Of a stretch of DNA of 64,000 nucleotides, positions 9,808 to 20,600 are shown one piece after another. Origin of the DNA: Candidatus Avispirillum faecium. GTDB taxonomy: Bacteria > Bacillota > Clostridia > Oscillospirales > CAG-272. The translations under genes and the position numbers were made by a program. The stretch is taken from assembly GCA_904396155.1 (NCBI GenBank), contig CAJFOI010000044.1, positions 46,926 to 110,925 on the forward strand, in the 5' to 3' direction. The notes beneath the pieces are model-generated. The model had not been told where the DNA came from, ran no database searches, and was given only the letters and a program-made list of their open reading frames with translations. Positions within the stretch are counted from its first letter, which is position 1, and each line of letters starts with the position of its first letter.

Positions 9808-11262
9808 CTATCTGTATTCTTCCGCAGCCTGTATCGCATCATACAGTTCTGCCTCTGCAGCCCGCCGGATAGAAGCAAGCCTGGAGGAAAACACACCCGG
9901 CTCATGTGTCAGCTCCTGCAATGTGTCCACGATTCCGCCCCAGTTATATATGGCGGCAGGGTCTATCGTCCCGCTGTCGAAGATGCGGTACAGATTTTCT
10001 CTGGACTTTTCATCGTCTACATACTTGAAGGAAAGCACCGAATCCACATAACAGTCCCGCATCCCGCCGGGCCGATAGCTCTCCGCAGCAAGATTTTCCA
10101 GAATCACGCCCGTGCGCAGCAGATTGCGTCCGGTGACGGGAACCCCCAGCGCCGGCACATCTCCGGGCAAATAAGAAACATACGCCTTTTGATATTCCCC
10201 TGCCTTCGGCACGGGGAGCACCCCGAACTCGTCGTCCATATCCCGCATTTCCTCCAGGGATCCCACATCTGTAATGTAAAACAGCGTATGCCGCTCCAGA
10301 AACATATGCGCGGCGTCCATAATATCCGCAGCATTCTCTTCCACATCGTACACATACGGATTGTCGCCGTACAGCTGTTCCGCTATCTTTGCAAAGATAT
10401 TGTAGAAGGACGCGCTGGTACTGCCTGCAAGGGACGGCAGGCCTGCCTCGTCCTCCTCGCTGATGCGCACCCCGGCACCGTACAGCAGTTCAAACACGTC
10501 CGAAGAAGACAGCGCCGTACCGTACAGATCCTCCCAGGTCATCTCCCCGTTTCCGTCCAGATCTGTATCTACGGCATCCATCATGGCAAGCATGGTATCC
10601 AAAGTCCATCGGCCGCTGTCCACCAGCGCATAAGGGTCCGGCAGTCCATCGTAATCGGAAAGAAGGCTCATATTGACCCCTACCATGCTATGGGCATCAT
10701 AATAGGACAAGTGGATATCCCCGAAAAAGAGAAACTGTGCGCCGGCCAGCGCCGCCTCTTCGATCCTATCTGCCTTCCACCAGGGCTTGGACAGGTCCAT
10801 CTCTGAAAGATACCTGTCTGTGACCAAATATCCGGACACCGCCATTTCCGAAAGACAGGAGGCGCTGTTCCACACGGCGCCGTATGCATCTTCATCTGCA
10901 AGCACAGCGGCCACGGCGAGATCGTGTACATTCTCCGGTGTATCCCGCACCTCCTCGATGACAATATCCAGCCGCTCCTCCACATGGCTGTTGCGCAGAT
11001 AGAGGGCCGTATTGAGGGTATCCCCTTCCAGCGTTTCCGTATCCATACGGGAAGCGGAGGATCCGGTGCGTGCATTGAGGATGGTAAAGGTATGGCCGTC
11101 GTAGCTGCCGGTGGGAACATCTGAAAACAGCTCCCCTTCCTCCTCTCGAAAATCTGCGGCCGAATCATAGGTATGCCCGCCGGACGCCTCCTTTTTGCAG
11201 CCGGCAAAGCTCAGCGCAAGTCCCAAAACCAGCAAGAGACAGAAACATCTTCGTCCCAGCAT
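9808..11262 (-). CDS. large lipoprotein, extracellular solute-binding-protein-like
   Basis: Lipobox LALSFAGC after the ATG at 11262. Its size and overall look resemble family-1 sugar-binding lipoproteins, but no permease genes are adjacent. The function call is weak. Confidence 0.6.
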   Translation of the reverse strand: MLGRRCFCLLLVLGLALSFAGCKKEASGGHTYDSAADFREEEGELFSDVPTGSYDGHTFTILNARTGSSASRMDTETLEGDTLNTALYLRNSHVEERLDIVIEEVRDTPENVHDLAVAAVLADEDAYGAVWNSASCLSEMAVSGYLVTDRYLSEMDLSKPWWKADRIEEAALAGAQFLFFGDIHLSYYDAHSMVGVNMSLLSDYDGLPDPYALVDSGRWTLDTMLAMMDAVDTDLDGNGEMTWEDLYGTALSSSDVFELLYGAGVRISEEDEAGLPSLAGSTSASFYNIFAKIAEQLYGDNPYVYDVEENAADIMDAAHMFLERHTLFYITDVGSLEEMRDMDDEFGVLPVPKAGEYQKAYVSYLPGDVPALGVPVTGRNLLRTGVILENLAAESYRPGGMRDCYVDSVLSFKYVDDEKSRENLYRIFDSGTIDPAAIYNWGGIVDTLQELTHEPGVFSSRLASIRRAAEAELYDAIQAAEEYR

Positions 11263-11286
11263 ACACATCCCCCGTAAAAACACCAC

Positions 11287-13287
11287 TCAAACATCCGCCT
11301 TTTCTGCGTACATGGCAGCAAAGCGGGCGATAAATTCCTTTCTTGCGGGCAAATTATCCCCCAGAAGCGTGTCGAAAATTTCTTCTGTCGCCTTTGCGTC
11401 CGCTTCAGACACCCGTATGAGACGGCGGGTGGCGGGATTCATGGTCGTCTGCCACATCATATCCGGCTCGTTTTCCCCCAACCCCTTGGAACGCTGCAGC
11501 GTGTATTTCACATCCCCCAGCTGTTGCAGGATCTGCTCCTTCTCCGGTTCGTTATAGGCAAAGTATATTTTATCTTTTGCAGTGATCTCATACAGCGGAG
11601 ATTCGGCAATGTATACCTTCCCCTCTAAAATCAGGCTGGGCAGCAGCCGGTAGAACATCGTCAAGAGCAGGGTGCGGATCTGAAAACCGTCCTCGTCGGC
11701 GTCGGTGCAAATGATAATTTTGGACCAGCGCAGGGAGGCCAGGTCGAAGGGGACAAAATCTCCCTTTACCTTTCCCTTGATTTCCACGCCGCAGCCGATG
11801 ACCCGCAAAAGATCCACAATAATATCGTTTTTGAAAATCTTGTCATAGGTGCTTTTCAGACAGTTCAGGGTCTTCCCCCGCACGGGAATGATCGCCTGAA
11901 ATTCCGCGTCCCGTCCCAGCTTGCAGCTGGTCATCGCAGAATCTCCCTCTACAATATACAACTCCCGGCGCAGGGGATCCCGGGAGCGGCAGGAGACAAA
12001 TTTTTCCACGCGGCTGGCCACGTCATTGGTAGTCGCCAACTTCTTCTTGATATTCAGACGGGTGGATTCCGCCGTTTCCCTGGAGCGCTTGTTCACCAGA
12101 ACCTGCGTCAGCAGCTTGTCCGCCTCCATAGCGTTTTCCAGAAAATATATCTCCAGCTGTTCCTTGAGAAAATCCGTCATCGCCTCTGCGATAAAGGAAT
12201 TGGTGATCGCCTTTTTCGTCTGGTTGGCATAGGAGGTCTGGGTAGAAAAAGAGTTGGTCACCAACACCAGACAATCCTGGACGTCGGCAAAGGTGATCTT
12301 GGATTCGTTTTTGTTGTATTTGCCCAGAGCCTTCAGCTTCCGGTCGATGGCATATACAAAGGCCGTTTTGACCGCCCGCTCGGGTGAGCCGCCATGCTCC
12401 AGGAAACTGGAATTGTGATAATACTCCAGCACGTTTACCGTATTGGACACACAAAAAGAAACCTCCGCAATGAGGCGGTATTCCTCCTTGTCCGCACGGT
12501 CACGCCCCCGGGTCTCCGGCATCTTCCACAGCACCGGCTGGGTCAGAGCCGTATCTCCCGCCAGACGGGCCACATAGTCGGAGATCCCGTTGGGATACAA
12601 AAACTCCTTTTCCTCAAACGCTCCGTTCGCATCTTCATACCGAAGGATGAACCGCAGCCCCGCATTGACCACCGCCTGCTTTTCCAGCGTGTCTTCATAA
12701 TATTCCCTGGGGATGGCAATATCGGTGAACACCTCCAGATCCGGCCGCCAGTAGGTCACTGTTCCGGTACGCCGCTCCCCTTTCTCCAGTTCCCGAACCT
12801 CCAGTTCCCCCACAGGATTTCCCTTGCGAAAGGACATATGAGAAAGATGCTTTCCGTCAAAGGAATGGACCTCAAAAAATTCCGAGGCATACTGGGTGGC
12901 ACATGCCCCCAGCCCGTTGAGCCCCAGGGAGAATTCATATCCCCCCATACCGGAATTGTTTTTATACTTTCCCCCGGCGTACAGTTCGCAGTAGATCAGC
13001 TCCCAGTTGTAGCAATTGTATTTTTCATTGTACCCCATGGGGATCCCTCGTCCCCGGTCGTCCACCTCGATGGAATGGTCCCGGTAGACGGTGACAGTGA
13101 TGGTAGAACCATATCCTTCTCTCGCCTCGTCCACAGAGTTGGACAGTATTTCAAAAAAGGCGTGCTCACAGCCCTCCAGTCCGTCCGAACCGAAAATAAC
13201 CGCCGGACGCAGCCGCACTCGGTCCGCGCCTTCCAGCTTTTCGATAGACTGGTCGTTGTACTGTGCCGTTTCCTTTTTTTTCGTCAT
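11287..13287 (-). CDS. type IIA DNA topoisomerase subunit B (GyrB/ParE family)
   Basis: GHKL motifs EILSNSVDEA and DDRGRGIP, the QTK loop (ANQTKKA), Toprim EGDSA and TDADEDG, and KGLGENEPDMMWQTTMNP. Confidence 0.9.
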   Translation of the reverse strand: MTKKKETAQYNDQSIEKLEGADRVRLRPAVIFGSDGLEGCEHAFFEILSNSVDEAREGYGSTITVTVYRDHSIEVDDRGRGIPMGYNEKYNCYNWELIYCELYAGGKYKNNSGMGGYEFSLGLNGLGACATQYASEFFEVHSFDGKHLSHMSFRKGNPVGELEVRELEKGERRTGTVTYWRPDLEVFTDIAIPREYYEDTLEKQAVVNAGLRFILRYEDANGAFEEKEFLYPNGISDYVARLAGDTALTQPVLWKMPETRGRDRADKEEYRLIAEVSFCVSNTVNVLEYYHNSSFLEHGGSPERAVKTAFVYAIDRKLKALGKYNKNESKITFADVQDCLVLVTNSFSTQTSYANQTKKAITNSFIAEAMTDFLKEQLEIYFLENAMEADKLLTQVLVNKRSRETAESTRLNIKKKLATTNDVASRVEKFVSCRSRDPLRRELYIVEGDSAMTSCKLGRDAEFQAIIPVRGKTLNCLKSTYDKIFKNDIIVDLLRVIGCGVEIKGKVKGDFVPFDLASLRWSKIIICTDADEDGFQIRTLLLTMFYRLLPSLILEGKVYIAESPLYEITAKDKIYFAYNEPEKEQILQQLGDVKYTLQRSKGLGENEPDMMWQTTMNPATRRLIRVSEADAKATEEIFDTLLGDNLPARKEFIARFAAMYAEKADV

Positions 13288-13319
13288 GTATTTTTAACCC
13301 TTCCCTTGGACCGGCAAAC

Positions 13320-13763
13320 TTACCAGTCGAATTTTGATACGCTCTCTCCGTCCATGGACACCAAAAGATATCCGCATAGCGCATACCGGTCGTCTTCCGG
13401 TAAGTACCAGGAAACCCGTATTTTATAATACTGCACACCTGCATCCGTGTCTTCCATGATTCCATCGGATACATAGGAATACTTGTATCCCGTGTCCGGG
13501 TCTTCTTCTCCAAGATATGCTTTTGCAGCAGCCAGCGCTGCCTCCTCGGTGATCTGCCCGCTTTCGGCTCCCGCACTGCTATCGGCCGTAGTATCCGCTG
13601 TTGTAGTCTCTGCCGCTGTCTGCGGCTGCGTGTCCTTCTCGGCCGTCGTCTCCTCTACTTGCGTGGACGTAGCCGTTACCTCTTCCTCCGCCTGCTGCAC
13701 GGTGCAGGCACCCATAGAAAGCACCAGCACCAGCAAAAAGGCAGAAAAAATTTTCTGTTTCAT
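13320..13763 (-). CDS. small lipoprotein with a Thr/Ala/Glu-rich linker and a PepSY-like C-terminal domain
   Basis: ATG at 13763 behind GAGGAGG. Signal peptide with lipobox (LVLSMGAC). Confidence 0.6.
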   Translation of the reverse strand: MKQKIFSAFLLVLVLSMGACTVQQAEEEVTATSTQVEETTAEKDTQPQTAAETTTADTTADSSAGAESGQITEEAALAAAKAYLGEEDPDTGYKYSYVSDGIMEDTDAGVQYYKIRVSWYLPEDDRYALCGYLLVSMDGESVSKFDW

Positions 13764-13777
13764 ATACAAGCCTCCTC

Positions 13778-15121
13778 TCATTCGCCGAAGCTGCTCCCAA
13801 GCCCTGCTTCCAGCGTCCGCAGATATTCTCCCTCCGTCAGGGTCTCCATATTGTACAGCATCAATACCTGATCGATGTCATTCTCTTCACAGAACCGAAT
13901 CATCGATTCCCGGTAATACCGCAGATCGATCAGGATCAAATCGTAATGCTGCGCCAGGAACGGCACCATGCTGTGGGCAAAGGAGTCCTTGAGTACCAGC
14001 AGGGTCTCCCGATCTTCGTCTCCGTTCTTCGTGATGCGCGTATACCCAAAGTTGCCGCCCATAAAGGAAGCGTACTGATCTTTTTCCTCCAAGAACTCCC
14101 GCACGTACATGCTGTCAAAAACGGCATACTGTACGCCGTCCCTCTCCTCATAAGTACAGCCTTCATAGCCTTCAAACTGGCCGCTGCTGTCCTGGATCTC
14201 CATAGTGAAGTCCTCGTCTCCAAAGTGATAGTATTCGATTGTATCCGGGGCTACCCACTTTGCCCCGGAAGCAGACCAGGTAGTGCCGTAAAAGTCATCT
14301 GAAGCCTCTTCTACCGTGAAGGCGCCCAGTGCCAGCGGCGCGCTGCCCAAAGACTCCATCACCTGGGCATAGGCATAATACGCGCCCAGAGACGTCCAGT
14401 GGTGGTCTGTTCTGTAATATACCGCTTCTCCGTCTGCCGCCCGGCTGCGCAGGGGGTCCCGCAGATTCAGGTAGGAAAGTCCGTCCTCCCCGGCAATATC
14501 GTCCAAAATCCCCCAGATGCGGTCGGAGTAATAGGAGCCGTATACGGCAGGCAGATATGTGTCACACACGTCCTGTTTGCGCCCCGCAAAAGCAGCCACA
14601 CACCGGATCCCCCGTTCTTCCGCCGCCTGCTGGAATGCCGCAGCGGCATCCAGATTGGTTTCCAGATACTCCTCATTGGGATAGTCCGCCCTGGCGGTGA
14701 GATATCCGTCGCTGCCGAAAATAACCCCATTGTTCTGCCCCTTCAGCTGCACGGTCTCCGAAAAGGCCTTCATCCCCACAAAGAAATCCCGGAAGGGAAA
14801 CTGGTCCGCCATATACTTGGACACTTCTTCTGTCAGCTTTCCGGAAAAGAAGTTTTCCGCAGAAACCTCCGGCGCCGTGGCAAGAACGCGGTTTTCCTGG
14901 GCAGAGAAGTCAGAATCCGGCAACACCCAAAACAAAATCGCCATCACATAAATAAATCCAAGGGTCAGCAGAATCAGCAGAATATCTGCACCGCGGCTTT
15001 CCTTTTTCATACGCATCTGCAGCTGCAGATACTTTTCCGCCTCGCCGTCTGCAGTGATCCGCTCTTTTTTCGCCGGCACGCCCGCAGGAATGGGCTGTAC
15101 GTTTTTCGTCTTATCGTCCAT
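13778..15121 (-). CDS. DHHW family protein (AlgJ/AlgX-like SGNH partner of MBOAT)
   Basis: The eponymous motif YYRTDHHWTSLGAYYAY is present, there is one N-terminal TM helix, and the gene sits immediately downstream of the MBOAT gene. Confidence 0.85.
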   Translation of the reverse strand: MDDKTKNVQPIPAGVPAKKERITADGEAEKYLQLQMRMKKESRGADILLILLTLGFIYVMAILFWVLPDSDFSAQENRVLATAPEVSAENFFSGKLTEEVSKYMADQFPFRDFFVGMKAFSETVQLKGQNNGVIFGSDGYLTARADYPNEEYLETNLDAAAAFQQAAEERGIRCVAAFAGRKQDVCDTYLPAVYGSYYSDRIWGILDDIAGEDGLSYLNLRDPLRSRAADGEAVYYRTDHHWTSLGAYYAYAQVMESLGSAPLALGAFTVEEASDDFYGTTWSASGAKWVAPDTIEYYHFGDEDFTMEIQDSSGQFEGYEGCTYEERDGVQYAVFDSMYVREFLEEKDQYASFMGGNFGYTRITKNGDEDRETLLVLKDSFAHSMVPFLAQHYDLILIDLRYYRESMIRFCEENDIDQVLMLYNMETLTEGEYLRTLEAGLGSSFGE

Positions 15122-15141
15122 AACGATTCACCGCCTCTCTC

Positions 15142-16560
15142 TTAAAACCGGAAATACAAAAACGGATTGTAAGAGGAATCTACCAGATATGCAGTACACA
15201 GCACCAGCATACCCGCACAGCATGCGCTGATGGCCACCCGGGCGGCTTTCCCCTTTTCATACAGCTTATAGAACAGCTTTTTGGGATACGGCGTCGAGGC
15301 AATACACAAAATAACCAAAAACAGTGCGCTGCGCAAAAGATCAAACGTAGCGCCCGGTTCGGTAAAGGCGACGACACCCTGCCCGAACATGTACCCGAGA
15401 TACGTGACACCGGCGCTGAGGTCCTCAAAGACAAACAGCCACCAGCCGAAGAACACCACAATCAATGTATACACATGACCCACAAAGCTGGGCAGCCGCT
15501 GAAAGACCTTGAGCAGGAACAGTTTTTCCATCACCAGGAAAATACAGTAATATATCCCCCACAGCACGTAGTTCCAGCTGGCTCCGTGCCAGAAGCCCGT
15601 GAGCAGCCAGACGATGATAATGTTTCGGTAATTCTTCAGTTTGGAACAGCGGTTGCCCCCCAGGGGAATGTATACATATTCCCGAAACCAGGTACCCATG
15701 GAGATGTGCCAGCGCCGCCAGAAATCCGTAATGCTTTTGGACACATACGGATAGAAGAAATTTTCCTTAAACTGAAAGCCCAGCATTTTGCCAAGACCGA
15801 TCGCCATGTCAGAATAGCCGGAAAAGTCAAAATAAATCTGGAAGGCGTAAAACAGCAGTCCCAGCCAGGCGCCCACCACAGTTGCGTCCGTGGCGGAAAG
15901 CTCCTGGAAGCCTTCCCACATGGCGCCAGCACAGTTGGCAAGCAGAATTTTCTTTGCCATGCCGCAGATAAAGGTCCGCATACCGGAGGCAAACAGCTCA
16001 ATATTGTGCGGGCGGGAACGGAGCTGATCGTCCACATCCTGATACCGGACGATGGGGCCGGCGATTAGCTGAGGGAACAGGGTAACATATGCGCCAAAGG
16101 AAGCGATATTTCGCTGTACTCTCGCATCTCCGCGGTAAATATCGATGGTATAAGACATGGTCTGGAACGTGTAGAAGGAGATCCCGATCGGCAGTTCCAT
16201 GTTCTCCAGCAGCGGAATCTTTTGGAGAAAATCAAAGGGCAGCAGCTGCAGATTGGACACGATAAACGTGTAGTACTTGAAGAAGCACAGTATGCTCAGA
16301 TTGAGCACCGCGCTGATAATCACGAACCTTCGCGCTTTCTTTTTGTTTGTTTCCCGATATTTGCCTGCAAAATAGCCGCAGATGTAGTCGATAATAATGG
16401 AAACCAGCATAATCGTCACGTAAATCGGTTCGCCCCAGCCGTAAAAAGCCAGGCTTACGATTAACAGCACCACGTTGCGGAAAGCCAGCGGCACGATGAA
16501 GTAGATCATAATCGTTACCGCAAAATACAAAAACAAAAACTCAAGGGATGAAAATACCAT
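15142..16560 (-). CDS. MBOAT family O-acyltransferase (AlgI/DltB-like)
   Basis: MVFSSLEFLF N-terminus, the catalytic-His block DFWRRWHISMGTWFREY, and a polytopic layout. The ATG at 16560 is preferred to the TTG at 16572. Confidence 0.9.
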   Translation of the reverse strand: MVFSSLEFLFLYFAVTIMIYFIVPLAFRNVVLLIVSLAFYGWGEPIYVTIMLVSIIIDYICGYFAGKYRETNKKKARRFVIISAVLNLSILCFFKYYTFIVSNLQLLPFDFLQKIPLLENMELPIGISFYTFQTMSYTIDIYRGDARVQRNIASFGAYVTLFPQLIAGPIVRYQDVDDQLRSRPHNIELFASGMRTFICGMAKKILLANCAGAMWEGFQELSATDATVVGAWLGLLFYAFQIYFDFSGYSDMAIGLGKMLGFQFKENFFYPYVSKSITDFWRRWHISMGTWFREYVYIPLGGNRCSKLKNYRNIIIVWLLTGFWHGASWNYVLWGIYYCIFLVMEKLFLLKVFQRLPSFVGHVYTLIVVFFGWWLFVFEDLSAGVTYLGYMFGQGVVAFTEPGATFDLLRSALFLVILCIASTPYPKKLFYKLYEKGKAARVAISACCAGMLVLCTAYLVDSSYNPFLYFRF

Positions 16561-16690
16561 AACCGTCTCCAAGGAAAAAAGTTATACGAGTTTCAAGCAC
16601 GCACAAAGAGAATGGCATCTCAAGGCGTCTGCACTTTTTGTTATTGTAGCACATCTTTTTCCAAAAGAAAAGAGGTTCTATGCAGGTTTT

Positions 16691-17236
16691 TTACAAAAGA
16701 TCCCCATCATAATGTGCCCGTTCTCCACCGATAAATTTCGGCCTGGTTCTGGCCGCGTTCAATGTTGCCGCACCGATTTTCTTGATGGACAGGCGCAGCG
16801 GTACCGCCACCTTTTTCAGGTGCATCCCGATCAGGGTAAGCCCGATATCCAGCCCTGCATCTGCCGCAATCTCTTCTACCACCACAGGGTCCGCAGCTCC
16901 CAGGTATGCGGCCGTCGCAAAAGAACCTCCCGCCTTCGGTTGCGGGACCACATTTACAATCGGCACTCCCGGTACGGCGGCGCGCTCCACTACAATTGCC
17001 CGGTTGAGATGCTCGCAGCATTGGGCCGCAAGGAAAACTCCCATAGGGGCAAACACAGACATCAATCCCTCGTATATCGCCTGCGCCGCCTGGGGTACAG
17101 ACGCCGTTCCGATGCGCTCCCCGCACACCTCGCTGGTGGAACACCCCACCACTGCAATCTGTCCCTCTTTCAGGCGTGCAGCCTCTGCAAGCTGTGCAGC
17201 CGCATCTCTGGCCTGTTCTTTCAGTTCTTCATACAT
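16691..17236 (-). CDS. TIGR01440 / UPF0340 family protein
   Basis: GQIAVVGCSTSEVCGERIGT and the overall YwlG-like pattern. The ATG at 17236 lies 10 nt after AAGGAG. Confidence 0.7.
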   Translation of the reverse strand: MYEELKEQARDAAAQLAEAARLKEGQIAVVGCSTSEVCGERIGTASVPQAAQAIYEGLMSVFAPMGVFLAAQCCEHLNRAIVVERAAVPGVPIVNVVPQPKAGGSFATAAYLGAADPVVVEEIAADAGLDIGLTLIGMHLKKVAVPLRLSIKKIGAATLNAARTRPKFIGGERAHYDGDLL

Positions 17237-17268
17237 AATTCTCAATCTCCTTTTCTGTTCTTTCCCAC

Positions 17269-17694
17269 TTAGGCGTTCTCAGCAGCTTCCAGCTCCAAAA
17301 TCTTTTTCACGGCCATATCTGCATATTCTCCTAACGTCAGTTTCTGCGTACCCACTATGTGGATGGCGCACTTATCTCCCGGAATAAGGATTTTTTCCGC
17401 AATACTCCGCCCCACTGCCTCTGCCATGGCAGGCGTTACCTCTCCGGTGAGAGCACCGGGAATCGCAATTCCCACCGGGCCTGCAATATACGCCGCATGT
17501 GCCGCCGCACACAGGATGGGATATTCCCCTGTCGCACCGCGATCGGCGCCGGCGCGGAGCATCGCAGCAGTGGCAATGGTATTTGTCCCGATTGCCGTAA
17601 TAGAATATCCGGGAAGTGCCGCCCGGATCCGCTCTGTAAGCAGCACTCCCAACCGGCCTCCCTGGCCGTCTATGATCAGTATGGTCTTTTTCAT
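17269..17694 (-). CDS. DUF3842 family protein
   Basis: MKKTILIIDGQGGRLG... is the typical N-terminus of this Clostridial family. Its ATG overlaps the addA stop (ATGA at 17691-17694). Confidence 0.7.
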   Translation of the reverse strand: MKKTILIIDGQGGRLGVLLTERIRAALPGYSITAIGTNTIATAAMLRAGADRGATGEYPILCAAAHAAYIAGPVGIAIPGALTGEVTPAMAEAVGRSIAEKILIPGDKCAIHIVGTQKLTLGEYADMAVKKILELEAAENA

Positions 17695-20600
17695 GTCACT
17701 TTGCTCTCCTCCCGTATTTCCTGGGGCACCGGAATGCAGTCTCCCAATGCCAGGGAATACAAATATACTTCGTCAAAGGGCCGTCCCAGCATATCTGCGC
17801 ACAATTCTCTGTAAAGGTTGATCTGCCGTTGGTGACGAGGCAAAAGCTTTTGTGCGGCGCGGGCAGGATCCCCCCGCTCCTCTGCCGTCAGACGGTCTGT
17901 TTTATAGTCCAGCAGCACCGCGCGTTCTTCTTCGTCCACAAACATGCAGTCTACAACGCCCTGTACTGTAATGTCCGTCCCCGATGCCGCAAGCTTTTCC
18001 CGCAAAACAGGATCGGTTGTAAACCGGGCCGCCGGAAGTACCGCATTGAAGCGAAACTCCCGGTACAGCCGGCGGGCGTGCACCATACGAGAAAAGATTG
18101 CAGACCGAACAAAGGCGTCGATTTCGTCCAGCCGTACCAGCTTTGCCTGCTCCCTTGTGAGAAAGGCATCCTCCAACAGGTGTTCCAGCTCTGCCTGGGG
18201 TCCGGCCTGCATAAGCCTTTCCAAATTGCAAAACTGCATATACATATGGGTGGCGATCCCCGCTTCCGCCGCACCGGACTGCTTGGCCCCGGCGAGAAAG
18301 GCAGGCAGGGGCGCCTCCTTTGAAGCCGAGGGAGAAGCTGAATGGGCCGCCGGGTCAATGGTGAGAGAAGCCTCCTCCTGCCTGTTTAGTATATCGGGCT
18401 TCAGTGCAGACACCGTAAGCTTTGCGGGAATATTCTCCAGGTGCCTTTGAGGATATACAAAGGCAAACCGCCGGGCAAATGTGTCCCGCCACGCCCGCTG
18501 GTCTGCAGCCGGGGCCACCGACGCCGTATTGGCCTGCCGGCCCGTGCCCAATGATACCGCCTGCCCCTCTGTGACAAACCGGAAGCACCCTGTTCCCACA
18601 TGGCGTGCTGCACCGTCCAGGATCCATGAGGCAAGACATGTAGAGGAAAGCAATCGATACGCATCCGCCTCTTCTTTTGCGCGGATACGCGTCTGCTCCA
18701 ACAGGCGCTCCGGATCCTGCGCCCTGCAGGTGATATACAGCCGCTCTCTGGGCCGGGTGAGCGCCACATACAGCACCCGCATCTCCTCCTGCAGCATTCG
18801 TTCCCGCAGATCCATGGAGGCGGCCTGCCGCAGCGGCGTGTCGCACCGCACCAATCCCCCCGGATCATACAGTTTTACGGAAAGCCCCATATCCGGAGAA
18901 AACAGTACCCGCTCTCCAGCCCCGCGCGTATTGAACCTTCGCGCCGTATCCGAGAGAAAACAGATGGGATATTCCAACCCCTTGGACCGATGGATGGTTG
19001 TGATGGTCACTGCGTCCTCCACAGGGGGCTGCCCCCCTGTGTCCTTTTGTTCCATCAGTCCGCTGAGCAGCCGGATAAAGTCGTGTAAACCGCCTCCCTG
19101 CCTGCCGCAGGCCGCTCCATGGGACATAAGCTGCTTTAAGGAATGCCGGATCTGCGTGTTGCTGCGCTTTTCGTCTCCTCGATAATACAAAAAACCCGTA
19201 TCCCGGATGATCTGCTGCAAAATTTCGTCCGCCCGCATATACCGGGACGCCTCTCGCCAGCGCTCCACCTGCGCCACAAAGGCAGCACACCGCGTGCCCA
19301 AAGGAGTGGCTTTCCCGGCACAGCGCCGTACACTGTACCAAAGCGGTCCCTGATCCAGGCCCCGTATATGGATCAAATCATCCAGAGAAAATCCAAACAA
19401 CGGACTTTTCATTGCGCCCGCAAGGTAAATATCCCGCAAAGGATTGTCCGCCGTGTTCAGAAGACACAGCATCAAAATCACCTCGCTGCAGGCAAAAAAG
19501 GGGTCCGAAGCGCTGTTGGCCACGGCAATGCCTCTGCGGGAGAGCGCGTCTGCAAAAGCCGCCGCCTCTTTCCCGGAACGCAGAAGGATGGCAATATCTC
19601 CCGGCCGTACCGGATTTCCGCCGGCCAGTGTCTCTGTCTGAAGAATCGACTGGATTCGGCCAGCCACATACTCCGCCTCGGGATTGGCTGCGCCCATCGC
19701 TTCTTCCTCCGGAGAGGGAACCAGACAGATCTCCACCGGCAGATCCTGCAAACCTCCCTCCGCCTTTGCACAAATCAGCTCGTCTTTTGTGTCAAAAGGC
19801 GTGCCGCCGGCAGAAAATATATATCGGGAGATTTTGTTGGCAAAATCGATCACAGTACCGCCGGAACGAAAATTTTCCCGCATAAAGATCGCCTGCCCGC
19901 CCACGCCCGCTTCATATTGTGTGCGGTAATCCGTGAACACCTCCGGGCAGGCGCCCCGAAAGCCGTAGATAGACTGCTTTACGTCTCCCACCATAAACCG
20001 GCGGCTGCGAACGGACAATGCGGAAAAGATCTGATCCTGGATCCGATTGGTATCCTGATATTCATCGATGAAAACATAATCAAAACCGGCGCCCGTCTCC
20101 AGTGCCGCCTGGGTAGGCGTGCCGTCGGGAGCACAGAAGATCTTTTTTGCAAGGACCTCCAAATCTGCAAAGTCCACCCGTCCCAATTCCCGCTTTTTGG
20201 CAGTATAGCTGTCTTCAAACGCAGCCAGCACCCGCGCCGCCGCACGGGCAACAGCGGCGTTCTGCTCCATCAGCCCTGTCATGCCGTTTTCGTCCGGCAG
20301 AAAAAACGACTGCACAAGGCTTCGGATCTCCTCACCAAAGGCCTGCCGGGTTTCCTTAAAGCGTTTATACGCGTCCGTTTGCTTTTCCGCCTTCAGGGGG
20401 GAGAGACGCGGCCGGACAAGGTTTTTCAGAAAGGCCCGCGCCTCTCCATATTCTTTTTCGGCAGCGCCGGAAAGTGCCGCCGAAAATGCCGCCTCCTCCA
20501 GCGCCACAGCGCCGTATTTTTCTGTATCCGGACAGCCGGTCAGCTCTCCCGCAAGCATACGAAAAGCCCCTTGGAAATGGGCGCCTGCCCGCTTCATCTG

